A DNA stretch of 64,000 bases from Octopus vulgaris (Eukaryota). How positions within the stretch are numbered: position 1 is the stretch's first letter; the number at the start of each line of letters is the position of its first letter. Where the stretch lies: NCBI GenBank assembly GCA_951406725.2, contig OX597817.1, positions 86,056,001-86,120,000 on the forward strand. Direction: 5' to 3'. A program made the position numbers and the translations under genes. Shown here piece after piece: positions 54,450 through 64,000 of this stretch. The notes under the pieces were generated by a model. The model was given only the letters and a program-made list of their open reading frames with translations. It had not been told where the DNA came from and did not search any database.

Positions 54450-56750
54450 TGCTTTCTAATATCAATCACTGCTCAGTCGGTGATTATTAGTATTATGCCA
54501 GACCATTCTAATTTCTTAGTTGCTGTCTCTAAAGGTCCTACAACTTTTCATTACTTTGCACTTTGTTTATCTGGTCTAAACAACAGCTGACCTAAACAAT
54601 ATACTGGGAGGGGAGTTGTCCTTGTTTTATTTATACTCTGTTTTATTGTTGTACACCCTCTCCCCCAAAACTTGCATACTTTATTGTGCTGTAACCTCCA
54701 TTTGCCATTTCTAATGCTGCTGCATAGTTTTGCTCTTCAAATCATGCTGTTCGCGTTGCACAAAACAACACAAAACGGTCTTCCCCTACACTTTATTTCT
54801 TGCCACTCTGTCATTCTGTAGAACTCTCATCTCACCAAACATTGCTTGAATATCTTCATTCTCATGATTGCCTTCTTATGGAATTCATTCATCTAAGTTA
54901 TTACATATACTAACCTAACTAATGTTAAACCAACAATCATTTCAATAATGTCTTTTCTCTGAAAAAGAAAATTATTTTCAAATGATTTTAGAATGTACAC
55001 TTTTGTACATTTTTAAATTGTTCAAGCTTAAACATGTTTATGAAAATGTCCTTAGTATTATCCTTCCTTGAATTGGTACATAACCTTACTGCTTCTGTTA
55101 GTTCATGCTTCTAATGTTTGAATTTGCTGTTCTCCCCTTCTGCCTAGATAAAATTGCAATTGAGTTTTTGCCTTGTATCTTCGTATAATTTTCATTCTCT
55201 TGATTCCTATTGCTGGCCCATAACTGTTATATTTTGTTCAGATGAAATCTCTGATCCAGCTATATCTCCATGTTCAACCATCAAGGTTGACAAGTGATGC
55301 TGAAAGTTAGTCTTTCCTTATACAAAAAAGTGACTTAATTGCATGGAGCAACTCCCATCCTGTACCTCAGTAGTTTTGCTAACAACAAGAACATCATTGA
55401 ACTGAGTGAACTCTCAAGATATTATTGCATATGGCATTAGTCATGGGGAAAGGTAACTTTTATAAACTGGAATAACTATCCATCAACTTGAAATATAGTG
55501 TTTCTTATTGTGGAGTGGCATTGGATGGTATGTTGCTTTTAGATGCTGTCTCTACAAGATATTCAATATTAGGAAGTGAATAGGCATTTAGAAGTGGTGA
55601 TTTATAATTTGTGAATAGTTGACATGACATTTATTTATCACTATTACAATTACTACCACTTGTACTCATCACAGAAAGACAAGGCAGGTTCTGTACGAGC
55701 ACTGTTATAATATGGGTTCTGGTTAACCACATCCAGTTGAAAGGAGCACCTAGGATTACTTAAGGTAAGCAATCCCATTGTAATTCATCTGATGGGTAAA
55801 TCCTGGGTTCGCTTCACTGGATTACAAATATTTTACCAAGTGTGTGGACTGCTAACCAGTCGAAAGTAGGTGGATACAAATGTAAATGCTAGTTTTCTGT
55901 GCAGCAGAAACATACATCAGGGCAATTAGGAAGCCAGAAATTGGAGCTGATAAAGTTGTAGAAATTCTCCATCTACTTCTGACTCTTTCCAGAAGTAATG
56001 CAAGGAGCTGAATTCTGCTGCTACACACATGGCCCTCCAGTAGCTTCACATAGCCTCTGAATTGAGCCTCAGGCTCTGTTCAAAGGTGTGAGGATGAATT
56101 CTATATGGGTGCAGTCAGAATGCCTGCTGTGTCCTTTCATGCTGATCACAGCTTTGTAGTCTGTTGCAGCTGTCCCTATTATGTCTTATGGCATTTACAG
56201 AGTTTTTCAGAGCATTGAGCAACAGTCATGATATCAGCATTTTGATACCTAGTGCAAATCATTTTGGTACAGGTAACTCGCTTCTATATTTAGATGGTTT
56301 CCAGTGACAATGCTGTTGACTATTCACCAATACATCAAGCTGTTCTTGAAAAAAGGAGGCCTAAAAGAATTGTCAGATTTAGCCCAAACACCCTGTATGT
56401 CTATTGATGAAGGAGCTGGACTTTTTTTTTCAGTTCTGGAGAGGATGGGTAGATTGCTTGTAAGCCTCTACAGTTTGCTATCTTCCAGAGGACAAGCATA
56501 GATGGCTATCTTTCAAATTCAGTGAATAGTTCTTAAAAACAAATTTGTGAAATATTGTCAGTGGAGGTCCCATCTGTAAATCGTTCTCTAACACTATTCT
56601 CTCAATACAATCAACAGATAAAGCCCAAAATCTTGTGTTCAGCAAAGCTACATTGAACTGAACACCCACAATTCAATGTCTTCACCTGCTTGTTTTTGTG
56701 ACAGCAAATGGAATCTGTAAAGTATTGTAATGAAAATGCAAGTGAGTTTA
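54450..56750 (-). mobile_element. Possible very old Gypsy-type remnants
   Basis: Only faint gag-knuckle and integrase-like patches by eye, with no clean ORF. Confidence 0.25.
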
Positions 56751-58410
56751 TTGCAGTATTATAGTAAAGTCAATTTGCAAAATGACTGCAAAAGGAAGGT
56801 GAAATGATGTAAGTGGAGTGAATCATTGTTGTTTAGCTGAGCCTGGCAATTCAGCAATGTAGTTTTCTTTATATCCACTCAGTACTTGAAGCTGATGATG
56901 TGCCATCAAAGTGATGTAACTTTCTCCCTACCAAATTTTTCTCATTGTTGCATTTCCATGAATGATGTGGACTGAAATACTTGGGAGTTGAACTTGTGAA
57001 AATAATTGCTGTGATGAAAAACAGTTGTCAGGAATCAGTTTGCTTTATTTGACAGAAATGTTCCTCTCATCACCTTGACATAAAGCCACCTCCTTCTCTG
57101 CTACACTCCCACTTAGTTGAGGGGGCTTTATTTGTCCTGTGAGCTTCATGGCAACCTGCCTAGTACTGGTGCCATCAAAAATAGCATCCAGTACACTCTG
57201 TAAAGTAGTTAGCATTCAGAAGGGCATCCAGCCACCACAACTATGTCAAAGCAGACATTGGTATTTGACGTAGTCCTCCAACTTGTCAGATCCTGTTAAA
57301 CTGTTCAATCCATGTTGGTATGGAAGCCAGATTTTAAATAATGTTTAGTCAAAATACCTGTGTAAAGTATCCATGTTATTGTAAATGACTGGCCATCAGT
57401 ATTCAACTGAAGTTTACCATAATTCGCCTGAGCTGGAAGTAGCAATAATGATTCTGTAACACTCTAACTGTATATAATTTTTCATATAGTCATCCACTGT
57501 TTGTCACAAAGCCATCTTTCATATACTATACATTTCACATAAAGTCATTGTTAATACATTTTTCATATTTTTATCTACATTTTGGCTTTTTCAGAATAAT
57601 ATTGATCTGGTGCTCAATCATACCTCATTAATAGTTGGCTGTTTTATTGGTCTGTTTAACACATTGTAAAAATCATTTGCATAATAGGACTTTTAAGAAT
57701 TGTGTATCCACATGAAAATTTTGCTAACCCTAAACCTGCCTGAATACTGATGTGTCTCTTCACTTCATAACCTAAGTACTGAAATTCACCCATTATAATT
57801 TCAATGCTCTACATTTAACTACAGTTCTTTTTTTTTTTTTGTTTTGGTTGTGGTGGGCTATACAATGGCATCTTCTGCTAGTGTACTAATTCTCTGATGT
57901 GGAGATCTCAGTAACTACCATATTATATTTCAATAATCTAAGTAGCTTATTCAAGTTCATGAATTTTTTCCTGTTCTCTGCTAATTAATATAGCTTTAAA
58001 CGTAGTTTTAGATTTCTTAACTATCCAGAACCTGTACCTATTTTCTTTGCATCTCTGGCCAATTTAGTTGCCCATGACATCACATCTCTTCTAGTACTTG
58101 CTTTGTTTTATTGTTTCTTTAGCAACTCTATGGAAATAAGAATGTTGAAATTCTTTTAGGATAATCAAGTAATACTCACACTTGATAGTGTTGTCACAAA
58201 CCTGATCCTAGACTTGTTAATGCAGTTGTTACTATCAGGAAATATGTGGCTTTGCATGTTATGTTTAGTTAACTTTTACTGTTTGTAGCAATAAGACATA
58301 AATGAGCATTTCAGCACCTACTCTTCAGTCAGAACGTTCTTCACTTCATATTAGTTTTATCTGACAGTGTCTGTCCCAAATAGATTCTGTTCATAGCATC
58401 CCCTCTTTAA

Positions 58411-58620
58411 CCTTTTAACATTCAGATTACTCTGTCGAATGTAATGCTTATTTGTTCACACTGTTTTGAATTAATTATGCATTATCTTTTAGCTTCAAGA
58501 TTTTGATGAAGTGATTATTTATATTTAGAATGACATTGCTGGGTGGGTGTGAGAAGCCAGATTAAATGTAAAACAGGCAGAATGTTTAGGCCTGATATAG
58601 CCAGTTTAAATGGTAATGGG
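58411..58620. mobile_element. piggyBac-type MITE
   Basis: Flanked by TTAA at 58407-58410 and 58621-58624, with imperfect TIRs ccttttaacatt / aatggtaatggg. Confidence 0.7.
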
Positions 58621-59359
58621 TTAATGTCAAAAGCAAAGAGATGATATTTCTGATAGACATTTACTTTTCTTTGATTGTCTTGCACTGTGATTGTAAATTT
58701 GATAGTTTCCAGTTTCTTATCTAATAGATAATGGTACAAAACAATACTGAAATGTTTAAAAATGCCCTTGAAACTTTGTGGAAGAAAGTAGCATAAAAGA
58801 TCATCTAACAGGAAATGAATTTTATGGAGAAGCAATAGGAAAGATTTGATAGCTGAAGCTTTATAGTTAATCTCAGTACCATGTATAATTTCTGGTATTA
58901 TCAGTTAGCTACACTATGACAGATATGATGAATGGCCAGTTCACATTCTAAATATTAAGTGCCGAACATTTAAATATGAGAATAGTGGGAACATTTTGCA
59001 ATTTCAGTGATACCCTCTCCAAACATTTTTTTTGAAAAATAGGATATTGAATGATATAATAGAAAGCAAAAATTTCTAAATTAATTATATTATTATCAGT
59101 TCTTACTATCACAGACTTCTTGTACATATCATCATCATCATTTAACATCTGTATTCCATGTTGATATAGGTTGGCTGGTTTGACAATCCAATGTGCCATT
59201 AAATTCCAGTATTTGCTTTGGCATAGTTTCTGTAGCTTGATGCTCTTCCTAATGATAACCATTTTACAGAGTGAACTGGGTGCTTTTTTCATGGCACTGT
59301 CACTAGTGAGTTTACCAAGTAACTTGCAAGATGAAACCCATTGATAATATATATGTATA

Positions 59360-59918
59360 TTTCATGTGATGCATATGGATGAGGACAGCTGCATAAAGAA
59401 GTATCAATCACAAGATGTGGATGGTACTCATGGAAGAAGTTGATCCAGGAAGACATGGGATAAAGTAGTAAGGTCTGACTTCAGATTGTTGAGTCTCAAG
59501 GAGGAGAGGACAAAGGACTAAGATGATTGAGAAGACCTATCCATCTCAGCAAAAATGAGGTCCTAAAAGCATATCACCAATGTGTATTCCACTTCCTGCA
59601 CCCAATCTGTACCTGTTGAACCTTCCCAGATACTCAATATTGTAACACTTACACTTCACCTCATCTCCCCTATCCATGCAACCATCCTTAATTCTCTGTC
59701 TCTATCCACCTTGTACCTTGAGGGTGTGCCCTGATACCTCATCTCTACCATCCTGAACTGGTGTCATGAAAAAAAACACCCAGTACATTCTGTAAAGTAG
59801 TTGGTGTTAGTAAGGGCACCCAGCTGTAGAAACCATGGTCTCAGGCTACTTGGATTCTATTAAACCATCAAACACATACCAGCATGGTATGCAGACATTA
59901 AACTATGAAGATGATGTT
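59360..59918 (+). mobile_element. Old RTE 3' fragment
   Basis: HVMHMDEDSCIKK...PRKTWDKVV followed by an RTE-type 3' terminus. Confidence 0.65.
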
Positions 59919-59919
59919 G

Positions 59920-62037
59920 ATGTGTGTTGTGTCTGGCAGTGTTGGCTATAGCTTGGTCATCTGTATAGTTAACCAGGTGATACACGAAGAAGTCATACCC
60001 AATGACTGGTGTAGCAGCATAATAGTCAACTGCTACAAAGGTAAATGTGATGTTTTCGATACAAATAATTTCAGAGGTTGTTGGATCAGGTAATGAAGAT
60101 CACGGAGAGGGTCATAGCCCAACTAATTAGGGAGAGAGTCAGTTTGGATGAGATGCAGTTTGGTTTCATGCCAGGGAAAAGCACCACTGATGCTATATTT
60201 CTGGTTAGACAGCTGCAGCAGAAATACCTCGCCAAAGATAAGCCCCTGTACCTGGTTTTTGTTGACATGGAGAAAGCCTTTGGCAGGGCCCCCTGGTCCC
60301 TTATCTGGTGGTCAGTGAGGAAACTAGGGATAGATGAATGGTTAGTGAGAGCCGTGCAAGCCATGTACAGGGATGCTGTCAGTAAGGTGATGGTTGGCAA
60401 TGAGTACAGTGAAGAATTCCGGGTAGGGGGTCCACCAAGGTTCAGTCCTCAGCCCCCTCCTATTTGTCATAGTTCTCCAGACAATAACGGAGGAATTCAA
60501 GACAGGATACCTCTGGGAGCTCCTCTATGCTGATGACCTTGCTCTAATTGCTGAGTCACTATCAGAACTAGAGAAGTTTCAAGTGTGGAAACAAGGATTA
60601 GAATCGAAGGGCCTTAGAGTCAACCTAGCTAAAACCAAAGTCCTAATAAGTAGGAAGGCAGGCAAACTTCAAATCCCTTCAGGTAGATGGCCCTGCTCGA
60701 TCTGTAGGAAAGCGTAGGTAGAAACTCTATAAGATGTATCCAATGTAAGCTATGGACACTAGAGGTGCAGCAATATCAAAGGAAGGCTAACTGGGAGGAT
60801 AGCTTTTGTATGTGGCAGATGCTTGGGAGCTATAAATAACACTGAAAATGTGCAGAGAACAACTTCTGCCACATTGCAGGGAGAAAAACTAGAAGTAGTT
60901 GATAGCTTCTGTTACCTCAGTGATCAAGTCAGTAGCGGGGGAGGGTGCGCTGAAAGTGTAGCTGCTAGAATAAGAATAGCCTGGGCTAAGTTCAGAGAGC
61001 TCTTACCTCTGCTGGTAACAAAGGGCCACTCGCTCATGTGTACGAACAGCCATGCTACATGGCAGTGAAACATGGGCTGTGACCGCTGAGGACATGTGTA
61101 AGCTCGCAAGGAATGAAGCCAGCATGCTCCGATGGATGTGTAATGTCAGTGTGCATACTCGACAGAGTGTTAGTTCCTTGAGAGAAAAGTTGGACCTAAG
61201 AAGCTTCAGATGTGGTGTGCAAGAGAGACAACTGCGATAGTATGGTCATGTGGTGAGAATGGATGTGGATAGCTGTGTGAAAAAGTGCCACACCCTAGCA
61301 GTTGAGGGAACCTATGGAAGAGGTAGACCCAGGAAGACCTGGGATGAGTTGGTGAAGCATAACCTTCAAACATTGGGCCTCACCGAGGCAATGACTAGTG
61401 ATCGGGACCTCTGGAAATATGCTGTGCTTGAGAAGACTTGGCAAGTGCAAGTGAGACCATAACCTTGTAGCCTATGCCAGGGGTGAAACCAGTCCACTTC
61501 TACTTGCCTTTCCGTCATTGGACACTAAACTCTGCTTGCGAAGACCTGTTGAGGCAAGTGAAATCGAAATCAAACTCGGTGACTGGCATCCGTTGCTAGT
61601 GGAGCGCTATGAGTACCATACAAGTGAGATCATTGCCAGAGCAACAAGCTGGCCTTCGTGCCGATGGCATGTTAAAAACACCATTTGAGCGTGATCGTTA
61701 CCTGCATCGCCTTACTAGCACTTGTGCTGGTGGTACGGGAAAAAAAAACATTCGAGCGAGGTCGTTGCCAGTGCCACTGGACTGGCTCTTGTGCAGGTGG
61801 CACATAAAAAGCACCATTTGAGCATGGCTGTTGCCAGTACCACCTAACTGGCCCTCGTGTCGGTGGCACGTAAAAGCATCCACTACACTCGTGGAGTGGT
61901 TGGTGTTAGGAAGGGCATCCAGCTATAGAAACTCTGTCAGATCAGATTGGAGTCTGGTGCAGCCATCTGGTTCGCCAGACCTCACTCAAATCGTCCAACC
62001 CATGCTAGCATGGAAAGCGGATGTTAAACGATGATGA

Positions 62038-62041
<4 letters not shown>
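59920..62041 (+). mobile_element. RTE-clade LINE, 5'-truncated (RT, internal Cys/His finger, 3'UTR, (GAT)n tail into (TA)n)
   Basis: IPNDWCSSIIVNCYKGK, QFGFMPGKSTTDAIF, FVDMEKAF, YADD at 60526-60537, finger at about 60688-60822, FCYLSD and RGRPRKTW, with several frameshifts. Confidence 0.93.
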
Positions 62042-62077
<36 letters not shown>

Positions 62078-62619
62078 CACACTCTGAGATCAAATCTTTT
62101 CAATTCAACTCTGGGGCATGATGCTTCTTTTCCTTTTGATTGTATTTGTAATTCAAAGTTCTAACCTTGCTGTAGTGTATCATACTGATCCGGCTTAAGA
62201 ATTGCATCAAAGCTATAACTGTATATGCAATACCCACTCACTCAGTCATTAATTTCATTGGTAGGATTTCATTGCTGTGGTTAATCATAAATCTACCATA
62301 TACATATTGTCATTATCATTATCATTTAACATCCATCTTCCATGCTGGTATGAGTTGGGCAGTTCAGCAGGGTCCGATGAGTCAAAAGACTGTGCTATAT
62401 TCCAGTGTCTGCTTTGGTATTGTTTCTATGACTGGATGCTCTTCCTATTGCCAGCCTCTTTACAAAGTATACTAGGTGCTTTTTTTCTGTGGCACTGGTA
62501 ATGGTGAGGTTGCCATGTAGCTAGCAATTGCATATGAGAGATGTAAATCAGTTTTGTGAGATGAAACATGTAAAGAAAGTATTTTTCCAAAAGAAAAAAA
62601 ATGTTATGCAGCTCACAGA

Positions 62620-63460
62620 TTATTTCATCAATGCCTGTTTTCCTTAGTGATCACTAGAATACTGTGTGTGATACCTTGTCAAATGCCTTCTCCTGGTCAA
62701 CAAAGTCCAGGGATAATGGTTTACTCTTAGTAAAATACTTCTGCAGTTTCTTCACTAGGAAGATTGCATCTGTCATTCATTTCACAGGCACAAAACCAAA
62801 CTGCATTTCATTTATGTCTACCCTGTCATGAATCAATTGTGGTATGACTCTCTCTCTCTGACCTTCATAACCTGATCCATAGTTTGATTCTTCTATATAA
62901 TTGCATCTTTCTTCAGTATCACCTTTGCATTTTTAACAGTTTACAATGATATTGCTATGCCAGTCATTGGACCCTTTAAAAATTCAAGTGTAACAGTGTA
63001 ATCCTCTCATATCTGGTTATATTGCTACAGTACACACATTCTCCTCACATTTCTGGTTGTACTGCTACTACATGCACAAACATTCTAGATCCCATTTCAA
63101 AATACCCCACTCACCAATGATACAGCCACTAGTTCAATGGCATATTGTTTCCTTTCTCTGCTTGCTCTCTGATCTAGCTAGCTGCACACCACCACTGTCC
63201 AAACTTTCGTATAATATCTGTTTTCTCAGTTGTCTTTTTGGCTACATCTCATGACCCAAATGCCAACTAAACATTGCATTCAATTCTTCTTTCCCTAAAA
63301 CTACACTATAGAATTCTCTCCTTATCTAACCTACAGATGTTCAAACTGAGCATCAACTACATTGAGCACTACAATCTAGGAGGGTCTGCAAAGATCTTGG
63401 GTTTTTTTTCTACCACTACAACTAATTTTGATAACATTATTTGCTTGAAATTTCTCAAGT
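62620..63460 (-). mobile_element. Decayed RTE LINE RT N-terminal fragment
   Basis: Minus strand reads NDWHSNIIVNC.KCKG, EMQFGFVP, DAIFLVKKLQKYF..SKPLSLDFVDQEKAFDKV. Confidence 0.75.
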
Positions 63461-63689
63461 TTTTGTAGTGCTCAGTTAAACAAGTCAGAACTTGATATAA
63501 TACAAAATAATATTGTTTTAATCATAATGCTAATATTTGGCTATTAGCTGGCTGCATAACAACATTAATATCTTTTGCCTTAATTAATTTTCCGAAGATG
63601 GTTTTACATTAAAACTATTTTAGGATAAATCAGAATTATTCTTGGAAAATAACACACCATGTTTATTTTGTGCTGTTTTCATTTTCCAG

Positions 63690-63804
63690 ACAATAAGTTA
63701 TTTGAATCTAGCACCACGTTGGTTATTAAAAATGAACAACTCAAAGTAGAAGCTGCTAAATTGAAGGAAGAAAATATCAGTTTACATATAAGAGGAGATG
63801 CTAG
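63690..63804 (+). CDS. ATG16L1: ATG16L1-like, coding exon 2 (start of coiled coil); gene continues beyond the window end
   Basis: Acceptor ttttcattttccag and donor AG|GTAAGT. Phase 1 joins exon 1 to give HNKLFESSTTLVIKNEQLKVEAAKLKEENISLHIRGDA, matching human QYNKLLE followed by heptad-like sequence. Confidence 0.9.
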
Positions 63805-64000
63805 GTAAGTTTCCTTGAATTCAGTGTTTGATAATACTGACAAGCCATTTTATTTTTTTATTTATGGATATTGCAGGATTTAACAAAATATTTTCTACAT
63901 TGTGACTATATATACTGCAAGGTTCCATTTAAAAATTTTAAATGTAATAACATTTGTATTGCTTACATTCACAACATGCTCAAAAGCTATTGTCTATAAT

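Noticed and set aside
58295-58335. Minus-strand CTGAAGA...GAAA.TGC.TC
   Set aside because: No stem I and a poor stem II; consistent with chance in AT-rich DNA.
53154-63689. Intronic scaRNA/snoRNA, since human ATG16L1 hosts SCARNA5 and SCARNA6
   Set aside because: No convincing C/D or H/ACA structure found by eye in this intron. An Infernal search of this and the downstream introns would be needed.

Overview
AT-rich, microsatellite- and transposon-dense animal genomic DNA. The SINE, RTE and Helitron repertoire resembles what I recall of octopus genomes; the species is inferred, not checked. Two host genes sit head-to-head, and the ORF track misses most of their exons. On the minus strand are the first five coding exons of an SH2-domain inositol 5-phosphatase of the SHIP family (INPP5D/INPPL1-like) at 13514-13641, 8692-8755, 4100-4250, 3043-3151 and 1644-1784. 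That gene continues off the left edge and has a candidate non-coding 5' exon about 38 kb upstream near 51.9 kb. On the plus strand are the first two coding exons of an ATG16L1-like autophagy gene at 53051-53153 and 63690-63804. All splice sites are GT-AG and the phases chain correctly. INPP5D and ATG16L1 are also neighbours in vertebrates, so this may be an ancient gene pair. The introns hold decayed RTE, CR1, Tx1/L1, Penelope, Gypsy, Tc1/mariner, Helitron and piggyBac-MITE elements and at least three SINE families. Other highlights are a near-intact type I hammerhead ribozyme motif at 33005-33067 with several decayed relatives, a PHD-like zinc finger inside the RTE reverse transcriptase, long intronic inverted repeats, and CpG retention around the shared promoter. 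Repeat boundaries are read by eye and approximate. No intact autonomous element, tRNA, rRNA or CRISPR array was found.
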